A stretch of DNA of 64,000 bases from an uncultured delta proteobacterium (lineage in GTDB: Bacteria > Desulfobacterota > Desulfobacteria > Desulfobacterales > JAHEIW01): the NCBI GenBank assembly GCA_963706575.1, contig CAVPNL010000006.1, positions 672,001 to 736,000 on the forward strand. Reading direction: 5' to 3'. The notes below the pieces were generated by a model, which saw nothing but the letters and a program-made list of their open reading frames with translations, was not told the DNA's origin and did no database searches. Positions 37,356-46,400 of this stretch are shown in pieces. The stretch's first letter is position 1. Each line of letters begins with the position of its first letter. Both the position numbers and the translations under genes were made by a program.

Positions 37356-37706
37356 GTTCTCACCTGAATTTTCATGCAAGATTTAGGTTGCAATTTATTT
37401 AAAATACCTTCAGATGTCAAACGAATGCCAAGATCCGCAATCCATTCGATAGGGCCGCATTGAAAATCCATGGTGCCTATGATATCTTTCTAGAAATAAA
37501 CGAGGAGTTGAAGATTTTTTACCGTCATGCCCGCGAAGGCGGGCATCCATCATTTTCTGTAGGTATTTCTGGATTCCCGCCTTCGCGGGAATGACAAGTA
37601 TGAAAAGAAAAAAATCCCCGACCTCTGAAATAAATAGAAGCGGCGAATTGATTGTTCGTTTTGAAACCACTTCCAGTAGGTATTGAATTGATATACAGGG
37701 ATCATT

Positions 37707-38063
37707 ATGCCATCGAAACGCAAAGCCAAAATTATCATTGAGGTGATGTACAAAGCAGATTACTGTCTGCCCTGTTTTTATATGGACGAAATGGTTCGAT
37801 CCGTGTTGCCAAACTATGCCGACCGGGTGGAATACCGTCGGGTTGACTTTTTGAAAGGGGATGGTAAAGCGCGCTTTTTGGAGCTCTCTCAGTTTCTTTT
37901 TGGTGAAGAAGGCGTTTACAAGCATTGTCGGCTTGCGCCGGTGCCCTCTCTTTGGATTAATGGAGAATTGTTCTTTGACGCGATTCCGCCCCAATTTGAA
38001 CTGGAAGAGGCCCTAGATGAGGTTCTCGCCGAACACAGAGATATTGAGAAAAAGGAAGAATAA
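37707..38063 (+). CDS. Thioredoxin-like protein, CxxC (CLPC)
   Basis: IEVMYKADYCLPCFYM...APVPSLWINGELFFDAIP. Confidence 0.82.
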   Translation: MPSKRKAKIIIEVMYKADYCLPCFYMDEMVRSVLPNYADRVEYRRVDFLKGDGKARFLELSQFLFGEEGVYKHCRLAPVPSLWINGELFFDAIPPQFELEEALDEVLAEHRDIEKKEE

Positions 38064-38365
38064 TGAATTTGGAAACATCAAAAATTCATCTGGAAGTGTT
38101 TCACGAAGGTGAACACTGAATCCCCTGCGTTTACATGACCCGTGTGGTCGAAACGGTTGCGGCGGAATATGGCGACAGATTGAACTGGGAAAAAATTGTC
38201 ACCAAAGATTTAGCGGGTGCCAAGAGATACCAAAGTTTTTCAAAGTCCCTCGGCAGACCGGCGCCCGTCCCCTGCATTGTCATAGAGGGCGAGCTGGTTT
38301 TTGAAGCCACTCCCAGCACCGAGGAGCTAAAAGCCTGTATCGATCGATATTTAAAAACTTCTTAA
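38063..38365 (+). CDS. Thioredoxin-like selenoprotein, UxxC (UIPC); TGA 38117-38119 read as Sec19; 100 aa
   Basis: ATG 38063 is coupled to the upstream stop (TAATG). MNLETSKIHLEVFHEGEH-TGA-IPCVYM aligns with IEVMYKADY-CLPCFYM of the adjacent paralogue. Confidence 0.85.
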
Positions 38366-38380
38366 TCCACCTTTGCGGCT

Positions 38381-39679
38381 TTATTTTTTAGTGGTGCCGG
38401 CCGGGTATTCTTCCAAAAGTTCAGATATGGCCTTATTCACGTTTTGGTGATCTATTGAACCCAGCGGAAAAGACGGGCCACGATCCAAAATATTTCCTTT
38501 ATAAACCATTTGAATCTTTGCCACCGGAATAAAGCCGGAATCCCATTGTTCCAGGCCGATTGATATTTGATAGCCTGTTTCTGGTGGATGTGGCGGGCTG
38601 GCCGGGACCGTTTTTGATATCTGTGGAAAAAATGATTCAACCGGTTCTGGCGTTAGTGGCACACAGGATACCCCCTTGCCCTGCTTGATTTGTTCAAAGC
38701 AGTTATTGCATGAAATGCATTCGGCCTCGATCAGATCGCCGGCCTGCCACCGATTAATCAGATCGGGATCCCGGATAAAAGGGCGTGACATGGAGATATA
38801 ATCGGCCACACCTTCGTCCACAAGCCGCTTGGCAACCTCTAAAGATCTTATGCCACCGACCAGGATCAATGGAACCGCGATTTTTTCCTTAAAGGCCCGG
38901 GCCTCATTCTGAAAATGGGCTTCGACCGCTGCCGTATCTATTTTACTCTGCATGATATTCGGATTGTTTAAAAGCCCGCCGCTTAATTCAATGGCATCAA
39001 TTCCTTCTTCGTCGAGCATCATCCCGACCTGCAGGGAATCTTCCAAGCTAAGGCCGTTTTCCACGAAATCCTGGCAATTGAGTTTGACCAAAACCGGATA
39101 GCCGTCACCGGTGTGATGGCGGACGGACTGAAGCACTTCCAAAAGCGCCCTGGCGCGATTTCGGATATTTCCACCGTATGCATCGGTGCGGTCGTTATAC
39201 CGGGGGCAGAGGAGCTGGCTGAGAAAAAATCCGTGGGCGGCAAAAATTTGCACACCGTCGAACCCCGCTGTTTTAGCTCTCATCGCGGCTATGCCATAGG
39301 CTGTAACCAGCTTCTGAATATCCTGCACGGTCATTTTCCCGACTCGCGATTTCGACAGGTAGGCGCCGCCATACCCCAGCTGTAAAACGATCTTAGCGCC
39401 GTTTTTATGGACCACTTGCGTTATGGCCTTTAAGCCGGGAATCATCTCATCATTGTGAATACCAAGCTGCCAAGGAGAGTGCTGCCCATCGGGGCGAACA
39501 TAGGTATGGCCGGTGATGATCAGCCCGACACCGCCGGCCGCCAGCCTTGCCATTAAATCAACTAATTTGGAAGTGCTGGCGCCATCATCCGTTGCCAGCC
39601 CTTCCCAGGTTGCCGAACGCACAAATCGGTTGGATAGCACCATCCCATTAATTTCGCTTTGCTCAAACAATCGCGACAT
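38381..39679 (-). CDS. NADH:flavin oxidoreductase (old yellow enzyme family) with C-terminal extension
   Basis: NRFVRSAT, AGFDGVQIFAAHGFFLSQ, N.RTDAYGG...NR, VGGIRS, SRPFI, CISCNNC. Confidence 0.88.
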   Translation of the reverse strand: MSRLFEQSEINGMVLSNRFVRSATWEGLATDDGASTSKLVDLMARLAAGGVGLIITGHTYVRPDGQHSPWQLGIHNDEMIPGLKAITQVVHKNGAKIVLQLGYGGAYLSKSRVGKMTVQDIQKLVTAYGIAAMRAKTAGFDGVQIFAAHGFFLSQLLCPRYNDRTDAYGGNIRNRARALLEVLQSVRHHTGDGYPVLVKLNCQDFVENGLSLEDSLQVGMMLDEEGIDAIELSGGLLNNPNIMQSKIDTAAVEAHFQNEARAFKEKIAVPLILVGGIRSLEVAKRLVDEGVADYISMSRPFIRDPDLINRWQAGDLIEAECISCNNCFEQIKQGKGVSCVPLTPEPVESFFPQISKTVPASPPHPPETGYQISIGLEQWDSGFIPVAKIQMVYKGNILDRGPSFPLGSIDHQNVNKAISELLEEYPAGTTKK

Positions 39680-40209
39680 TACTTTTCAATCCCCACTCTG
39701 GCCGGCACGCCTTTTTCGAAATAGTGCTTTATGGGCACCATCTCGGTAACCAGATCGGCGTTTTCAATCACTCGCGAAGAAGCATGCCTTCCCGTGATCA
39801 CCAACTCTGTATCGTAAGGTTTATTGATAATAAGGCCGAGAAGGTCCTGTTCCCGGATGAGTCCAAACTTGGCGGCCACATTGGCCTCTTCCAAAATGAT
39901 GACTTTATACTCTTCCGAAGCCATGATGGATTTGACTTGCTTAAGACCTTTTTGAGCCGCGGCAATATCCGCGGGCAAGGGCTTGCCGTCCGTAAAACGG
40001 CCGAGTCCGAATTGTTCGACGGTAATCAGATCGGAATACCGCTTGAGGCCCTTGATCTCACTGTAGTCACCCATTTTGATAAACTGCGCGATATAAACCT
40101 TTAATCCGGCACCTGCAGCCCGAATGGCCAGGCCGATGGCAGCCGTTGTTTTACCTTTGCCATTGCCGGTGTAAACCTGAATATATCCTCTCGTTTCGTT
40201 TTTATCCAT
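39679..40209 (-). CDS. cobO: Cob(I)alamin adenosyltransferase, CobO/BtuR family (copy 2)
   Basis: YTGNGKGKTTAAIGLAIRA, QFIK, ITGR, ADLVTEM..IKHYF..GV.AR.GIE. Confidence 0.9.
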   Translation of the reverse strand: MDKNETRGYIQVYTGNGKGKTTAAIGLAIRAAGAGLKVYIAQFIKMGDYSEIKGLKRYSDLITVEQFGLGRFTDGKPLPADIAAAQKGLKQVKSIMASEEYKVIILEEANVAAKFGLIREQDLLGLIINKPYDTELVITGRHASSRVIENADLVTEMVPIKHYFEKGVPARVGIEK

Positions 40210-40290
40210 TTGGGTTTCCTATGCTCCAAGGATTAAAGATAAATAAACATTTCATCAGAAACATGCAACCTCAGCGGCAGAAATTGTTGC

Positions 40291-41103
40291 TCAACTTTCC
40301 TTTTGCCGATGATTCCAACATTTTTCCATAAATTTTAATGATGCGTCTAAATGCGCATAAGAGAATACTTCCAGTGAAACAATTCCATTAAATTTTTCCA
40401 ATAATCTCGTTGTGGGAATAATTAATTTTTCGGGGAGCTGATCCAGCGCGCCGTGAAAGTGGTTTTCTGCAACACCGTAAAGATGGATGATAGCGGTTTT
40501 CCCTGAATAGGTGTCGAAAAATTTTTCAATATCATCTCCGTGAAGGATAAGATGCCCGCAATCAAAGCAGATGCTAAGATCCAGCTCAGAGATGATCGGA
40601 ACCAGGATCTCGAAGGGATAATCCAGGTTTTCAATGGAAATAAGGTGACCCGGTGTCCCGTTGTCCAGTATTTTGGCTATATTTTTGATCACCCGATCCT
40701 GCCAGCTTTTAACGTCATCTTCATCATGTGAAGTTTCATTATATGGAACGTGCAGCGTTAGCGTCGTGGGACTCAGGGGTGCCACCCGTTCACCCACCCT
40801 GCTAATCGTTTCGACTGCAATACTTTGCTGCTCTGGATCCCGGCTGCTGATGGATATATCGGTGGGCAGGTGAACATTGTAGGTCAGATTGAAAATTTTT
40901 GCCAGGCCGGCCAGCTCCCCGATGACTTGTTTTGACGGTAGCGCATCGGTCTTATTGCTTTCAAACAACAACAGCTCAATGTTTTCCAGATAGGGCCCCA
41001 GCATTTTTACGTTGGGCACATAATCATCCGGATAGATAAACGAGGTCGTTCCGATATTAAACGGAAATACGCCTTTGTAAGATTTGCTTAATAAAGGATA
41101 CAT
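40291..41103 (-). CDS. cbiR: Probable cobamide-remodelling phosphodiesterase (AP endonuclease 2 / TIM barrel)
   Basis: GTTSFIYP, ELLLFE, VHLP, LH, IENL, D.GH, HL, LEVF. Directly downstream of cobU-cobS. Confidence 0.7.
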   Translation of the reverse strand: MYPLLSKSYKGVFPFNIGTTSFIYPDDYVPNVKMLGPYLENIELLLFESNKTDALPSKQVIGELAGLAKIFNLTYNVHLPTDISISSRDPEQQSIAVETISRVGERVAPLSPTTLTLHVPYNETSHDEDDVKSWQDRVIKNIAKILDNGTPGHLISIENLDYPFEILVPIISELDLSICFDCGHLILHGDDIEKFFDTYSGKTAIIHLYGVAENHFHGALDQLPEKLIIPTTRLLEKFNGIVSLEVFSYAHLDASLKFMEKCWNHRQKES

Positions 41104-41107
41104 ACAA

Positions 41108-41833
41108 TCACAAAGCGTCTGCTAACGAAATCATTAAAAATAGCCCTGCTTCCGTAATTTCAACCAATGCTCCCAGCATGTCCCCGGTAATACATCCCAT
41201 CCGCTTTTTATAAAATAGAAGAATCATGGCTATGATGATTACAAAGGCCAGGTTCAGCCATATGGCTTTGAGGCCTAAAATCAAAGAAAGGCCGATCGGG
41301 AAAATGAGCCCCCAGAAATGCCTCAATGATATTTTATCGCTGAAAAATGGCTTGCCGGTGCCGTCGGGGCGGCCGTATGGCAAATACCGCATGCCAAACA
41401 GGATTGCGGTCCGGGCATAGGTGGGGATGATGATCAATAGGATACTGCGATGCGCGTCCAGATTTGCAATACCACCCCATTTTAAAGCCAGGCCAAACAA
41501 AATCGCAACCAGGCCCATGGTTCCGAGCCGGCTGTCTTTCATGATTTCGAGCGCTTTATCCCGGGACCGTGGTCCCAACAGGCCGTCGGCCGTATCGCCC
41601 AATCCGTCCAGGTGAAATGCTGCGGTTAAAACCGCAAGCAAAATAACATCCAGCAGGGCGGCCACCGGCGGTGTCCACAACCGTATGACAACCGAATCGA
41701 AAAGCGCCACCATCAATCCCAACAGAATGCCCACCAGCGGGAAATAGGGGACCATCTTCGGCGGATCAAACGATTTCGCCTTTCCCAGCGGGAGGATGGT
41801 GATGAATTGCAGGGCTGATATCAGGTTCTTCAT
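41108..41833 (-). CDS. cobS: Adenosylcobinamide-GDP ribazoletransferase (cobalamin synthase)
   Basis: FITILP, FPLVG, HLDGLGDTADG, IMKDSRLG, GCITGDMLGA. Confidence 0.93.
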   Translation of the reverse strand: MKNLISALQFITILPLGKAKSFDPPKMVPYFPLVGILLGLMVALFDSVVIRLWTPPVAALLDVILLAVLTAAFHLDGLGDTADGLLGPRSRDKALEIMKDSRLGTMGLVAILFGLALKWGGIANLDAHRSILLIIIPTYARTAILFGMRYLPYGRPDGTGKPFFSDKISLRHFWGLIFPIGLSLILGLKAIWLNLAFVIIIAMILLFYKKRMGCITGDMLGALVEITEAGLFLMISLADAL

Positions 41834-42053
41834 TATTTCTTATTTAAATCTTTCAATTGCAGTCATATTTGGGTCATAGGAGTAATGGAAAACTTAAAAT
41901 TTCGGAATGCAGATTTCGGATTTCGGATTTTGAATATGCGACATGTTTGATACTTCAATCTGCAATCCGCAATCTAAAATCTGCAATTATTTTTGCTTCA
42001 TTAATCCACACTCCAATTTTCTTTACTCGTATTAAATTAATCTGTAGCCTAAA

Positions 42054-42578
42054 TTACGACTTGACCGTTACCGGAATTCCGGCGACCATCCAAACTACCT
42101 TATTCGCGCATTTGGCAACCGCTTGATTCACCCAACCCGTGATGTCTCTAAACTGTCTGGCCAGCTGGTTTTCCGGAACGATGCCGGTTCCGACCTCATT
42201 GGAGACGAGAACAATGGGGCCCGCGGCTTTTTCAAGGGCTTTTATTAATTGGGAAGTCGTATCCGCTATTTTTTTTTCATCGCCGGCTTCCATCAAAAGA
42301 TTACTTACCCACAGGGTGAGGCAGTCTACCAGTATAACATTTCCCCTGCGGCTGTTTTGAAGAATGGCCTCCGGCAAGTCCAGCGGCGCTTCAAGCGTTA
42401 CCCAGTTTTGACTGCGCTCTTTTTGATGTCTTGCAACCCGCCGCTTCATTTCATCATCCTGTGGCACACAGGTTGCGATGAAAATCTTTTGTTCTGCAGG
42501 CACTTTTTCAGCGGTTTGCATCGCGTATGTGCTTTTACCGCTCCTGCAGCCGCCGATAATAAAACTGATTTTGTTCAC
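42054..42578 (-). CDS. cobU: Adenosylcobinamide kinase/guanylyltransferase
   Basis: GGCRSGKS, EM..RV..H...R...W.T.E, DCLTLWVSN, VSNEVG.GIVP, FRD..G..NQ. Confidence 0.93.
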   Translation of the reverse strand: MNKISFIIGGCRSGKSTYAMQTAEKVPAEQKIFIATCVPQDDEMKRRVARHQKERSQNWVTLEAPLDLPEAILQNSRRGNVILVDCLTLWVSNLLMEAGDEKKIADTTSQLIKALEKAAGPIVLVSNEVGTGIVPENQLARQFRDITGWVNQAVAKCANKVVWMVAGIPVTVKS

Positions 42579-42795
42579 CGTTCAATTCCTATTCAGATTT
42601 TCATTTTTTTTAAGCGCTTAGTAACTAAAAAGCAGATGGAGTCGTGGAACAAAATCAATTGCGGATTTTAGATTGCGGATTGCAGATTGAAATATCAAGC
42701 GCGTCGCGAATTAAAAATCCGAAATCCGCAATCTGCATTCCGAAATCTTATTTGCTCCAACACACCGGCTATTTGCTTGAATAGAATAAAAACGA

Positions 42796-44316
42796 CTACC
42801 GCTGTCTGCTAAGAGCTGCCAATTTGACGATCCTTTCCACATCCACATGTTTTTCGAAATGCTCGGCCAGCAGGTCATATTGGCCGTTGCGGGCTTCGAT
42901 TCCGCCGACAGCGGACACATCGACATCGGGTAAACCGATATGGTTTAACCAGCATTTCAAGATCTCCGGGTTATCAAACAGACCATGAATATAGGTGCCC
43001 ATGATTTTCGCAGCAGTGGATATGCAACCCTCTTCGTCCCGGCACGGTTTATGGTTGCGCTCCGTAATCTTAAACAGGGGGGCTCCGCCCATTCTGGTGG
43101 TTTGCCCCATGTGAATTTCGTAACCTGCACCCATGTGGCCGTTCCAAAAAAACGTTGTCAGGGTGGTGGTTTTGGGCGCTTTCAATACGGTTTCAATTGG
43201 CAGCAAACCCAGCCCTTCGCTGGAGCCGGGCGGGCCTTCCAGGCCGGTCGAATCATGCACGGCCTTGCCCATCATTTGATATCCGCCGCAAATACCCAAC
43301 ACATGACCGCTGGAATTCAAATATTCGGACAGCGCTTTGGACCAGCCTGACGTTTGAATCCAGTTTAGATCAAAGCGGGTGTTTTTCGAACCGGGCAGGA
43401 TAACGGCTTTAAAAGCCGCGAGGGATTGAGCTTTTTCCAAAAAATACACATCCAGATTATGAATCGTCAGCAGCGGACCAAAATCCGTAAAGTTTGAAAT
43501 ATGCGGCAGGCGGATGACGGCAACCGCCGGGTATCGGCTGTTTTTAACGGCGACTTTTTGGGGGCTTTCAATGACGACTGAATCTTCGGGTTCAATCTGG
43601 ATATGATTATACCAGGGAAGGACGCCCAAAACCGGTTTTTCGGTTTTTTCCTCGATCCAGCGGACACCCTCTTTAAAAAGATGGAGATCACCCCTGAAAC
43701 GATTGATGATAAATCCCTCAATTTGAGCACGCTGTTCAGGCTCAAGACATTCAAGGGTGCCGATGATCTGGGCAAACACACCGCCACGATCAATATCGGC
43801 CACCAGCAGAATCGGCGCATTCGCATAGGCAGCCATCCGGAAATTAACGATATCGCGGGTCATCAGATTAACTTCGGCACAGGAGCCGGCACCCTCCAGT
43901 ATAATCAACTCATATTCCTGACGTAACCGATCCAGTGCGCCGCAGGCTTCTTTAAAAAGCCGCTGATTGTCACCGTGAACAGCCCCCGTCTTGCCGGTTT
44001 CAATTGCCGATCCCAGCAACACGACCTGGGATCCGATTTCAGCTGTGGGTTTTAGCAGGACCGGATTCATGTCCACATGGGGAGGAATACCGGCTGCTTC
44101 AGCCTGAACGATTTGGGCCCGGCCCATTTCAAGCCCTTCGGGTGTGACCCCCGAGTTGTTGGACATATTTTGCGCTTTAAAAGGTGCAACCCGGATACCT
44201 CGGTTTGAAAATATACGACACAGCGCTGTTGTAATGACACTTTTGCCGACCTCAGAACCGGTTCCGAGGACAGCGATGCAGGGTGTTTTTGTCCGATGTT
44301 TATTTTTTGATGCCAA
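42796..44316 (-). CDS. cobQ: Cobyric acid synthase
   Basis: GTGSEVGKS, PFKAQNMS, GRAQ..QA, MNPVLLKP, EGAGS, DIDRGG, ISNFTD, PGSK, GICGGYQM, GYEIH, GTYIHG. Confidence 0.95.
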   Translation of the reverse strand: MASKNKHRTKTPCIAVLGTGSEVGKSVITTALCRIFSNRGIRVAPFKAQNMSNNSGVTPEGLEMGRAQIVQAEAAGIPPHVDMNPVLLKPTAEIGSQVVLLGSAIETGKTGAVHGDNQRLFKEACGALDRLRQEYELIILEGAGSCAEVNLMTRDIVNFRMAAYANAPILLVADIDRGGVFAQIIGTLECLEPEQRAQIEGFIINRFRGDLHLFKEGVRWIEEKTEKPVLGVLPWYNHIQIEPEDSVVIESPQKVAVKNSRYPAVAVIRLPHISNFTDFGPLLTIHNLDVYFLEKAQSLAAFKAVILPGSKNTRFDLNWIQTSGWSKALSEYLNSSGHVLGICGGYQMMGKAVHDSTGLEGPPGSSEGLGLLPIETVLKAPKTTTLTTFFWNGHMGAGYEIHMGQTTRMGGAPLFKITERNHKPCRDEEGCISTAAKIMGTYIHGLFDNPEILKCWLNHIGLPDVDVSAVGGIEARNGQYDLLAEHFEKHVDVERIVKLAALSRQR

Positions 44317-44415
44317 AAGCTGCTTGAACTCCGTTAAAATACGGTTTCGGTAATAAGGACCTTTATTCGCCTTCGCCTGAATACCCTGTCCGCTTCAACC
44401 GGACTGCGGGGAATT

Positions 44416-45303
44416 TCATTTTAAGTCAAACCGGACGGGTATTTTGACCCACATTTTTTTCTTTATGCCGCCTTCGGTTCCCGGCTCGAACAGCCATTTT
44501 CTTACGGCTGACGACGCCGCACGGTCTAAAATTGTGTGCCCGCTGGATTGGAGCACTGTTAAATCATCCACCCGGCCGTTCTCATCGATCAACACCTTCA
44601 ACATAACAATGCCTTCATATCCCAACCGGCGGGCCTTTCGCGGATATGGGGGCGACGTATTTTGCTTGTAGAGGGGCCGGGCAAGTTTGAGGATTGATCC
44701 GGACAGGGTATCGTCGCTTTGGGTGCCGGGCAGCATCGCCGCGGTGGTTGTCGGTTCTGAGGATCTGTCCGGCACGCGCTGGGTTTTTCTTATGGAGGTT
44801 GTATCCGCAGGAAGCGTTTTGCGGACCGGTTTTTTGTCGGAACTTGCTGCCGTGAAAATTTTTGTTTCAGCTTTGAGGGCAACATGAGGTTCGGTACGCG
44901 CCGTCGCCGGTCTAGCGTCGATTGTTTTTATGCGCTGTTTTTTAAATGTCAGCGCTTTCATATTTTTCTTGAGCCGAGCCTTTTTGACAATATTTTTTGG
45001 CGGTGTGGCCGGCAGCGGTTTTTGGAGTTGCGCGGTGTGCTCGACCCGCGCGGGTGTCGGTATGGCGTCGGGATTTTCGCTGGGTTTCTGAGTAAAACTG
45101 GGGTCGCGCTGCCTTTGAGGGACCTTGTTGGAGACCGTGGCTTGCGCCTTGCGCTTTTGGGACGTGTCGGCTGACAGGGTAATCGACAGGGATTTTGCCG
45201 CCGGGGTCAGACCGGGAGTAAGCTGCAACCAGCTAAAGTCGGTGCTCAAGATAATGGCATGAAATGCAAGTGCCAATATGACATAGGGCAACAGACGTTT
45301 CAC
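44416..45303 (-). CDS. tonB: Energy transducer TonB
   Basis: N-terminal TM with H, Pro/Lys-rich spacer, PYP..ARR.G.EG.V...SSG...LD.AA..AV..W.F.P. Confidence 0.9.
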   Translation of the reverse strand: MKRLLPYVILALAFHAIILSTDFSWLQLTPGLTPAAKSLSITLSADTSQKRKAQATVSNKVPQRQRDPSFTQKPSENPDAIPTPARVEHTAQLQKPLPATPPKNIVKKARLKKNMKALTFKKQRIKTIDARPATARTEPHVALKAETKIFTAASSDKKPVRKTLPADTTSIRKTQRVPDRSSEPTTTAAMLPGTQSDDTLSGSILKLARPLYKQNTSPPYPRKARRLGYEGIVMLKVLIDENGRVDDLTVLQSSGHTILDRAASSAVRKWLFEPGTEGGIKKKMWVKIPVRFDLK

Positions 45304-45305
45304 AT

Positions 45306-45710
45306 CTATTCCTCAAAGTCAGCCTGCAGGGATATGCGACTCAATCCTGCCTGGCGAATTTTATCGAGAATATTATATATCATCTGGTACGGCAACGCGC
45401 GGTCGGCAAAAACCAGCACCCCGGGTTCCCGGATGCCGCCGGCTTTGCTTTGCAGGACCTGAGTTAGATCCGCAAGGGCAACGGGCTCTTTGTCCACATA
45501 AATCGCTTGGTCCGCTTTTACGGTGACCGACAGGATCAATTTTTTATCGATTTCTGCTGTGGTGGAGAGCGGCAGCTCGACCGGCAGTCCGCGGTGAACC
45601 GCCATGGACAGCATAGCGTAAATAAAAAATACCAGCAGCAGAAAGACAATGTCAATCAAAGGAAGCATTTCGATTCGTGCTTTTTTAGATGCGGGCAGAT
45701 GGATTTTCAT
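45306..45710 (-). CDS. exbD: Biopolymer transporter ExbD
   Basis: PLIDIVFLLLVFF, V.LP, AD....Y. Confidence 0.9.
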   Translation of the reverse strand: MKIHLPASKKARIEMLPLIDIVFLLLVFFIYAMLSMAVHRGLPVELPLSTTAEIDKKLILSVTVKADQAIYVDKEPVALADLTQVLQSKAGGIREPGVLVFADRALPYQMIYNILDKIRQAGLSRISLQADFEE

Positions 45711-46342
45711 GTTCCGGCTCCGCTTAATTTTTTGCCGCCGGGCTGGGTGAGCTTTTCGAATACGATTTCCAGGCTGGTGGCGTATTTTTCGATGAGCACG
45801 GCCGCATTTTCGACGCGCGAATTAAAATAGTTATAGGGGAAAACCGATAAAATGGCGATTCCAAGACCGGCCGCGGTTGTTATCAGCGCCTGTGCGATTC
45901 CGCTGGTCACCTCCTGAGGATGCTCGATGCCCGCTGCACCTAAAACTTCAAAGGATGAAATGATGCCGAGAACGGTTCCAAAAATTCCCAGCAGCGGGGC
46001 GACCGTGATCATGGTGTCTAAAACGCCCATAAACCGCCGCATATGTTTGATCTCATCTGCTGCCGCCGCTTCCATGGCCTTTATCATGGAAAATTCCTTG
46101 TGCAGAATGCCGCTGACCAGAATTTTGATAATATAATCTTTTGTATTCGCTGTTTTGTTCTTGATTGATTCCCAGTCTCCCTGACGCGCGAGTTCCAGGA
46201 TCTCATCAACAAGTGACGGTTGGCTTTTGATTGCAAGCCTCAACCAGAAAATAGCCCGTTCGATGACCACACTCAACGCAATAATCGAACAGGCCAGCAA
46301 GGGGTACATGACGGGACCCCCTTTGTCAAAAATATGCCACAT
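45707..46342 (-). CDS. exbB: MotA/TolQ/ExbB proton channel
   Basis: GG.VM.PL, APLLGIFGTV.GII, GIAQALITTAAGL. Confidence 0.9.
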   Translation of the reverse strand: MWHIFDKGGPVMYPLLACSIIALSVVIERAIFWLRLAIKSQPSLVDEILELARQGDWESIKNKTANTKDYIIKILVSGILHKEFSMIKAMEAAAADEIKHMRRFMGVLDTMITVAPLLGIFGTVLGIISSFEVLGAAGIEHPQEVTSGIAQALITTAAGLGIAILSVFPYNYFNSRVENAAVLIEKYATSLEIVFEKLTQPGGKKLSGAGT

Positions 46343-46400
46343 CGTTCCTACTCCTTGTTTCGTTTGGTTTCAAACAGGGTAGCCTCCCCCATAGTTGAAT

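Noticed and set aside
37410..37994. 194-aa minus-strand ORF and similar long antisense ORFs (e.g. 23307-23999, 49863-50414, 53013-53546)
   Set aside because: They overlap well-supported genes on the other strand or run through repeats, and show no recognisable motifs.
38135..38365. ORF-track 76-aa protein starting at ATG 38135
   Set aside because: 3' part of the selenoprotein starting at 38063.
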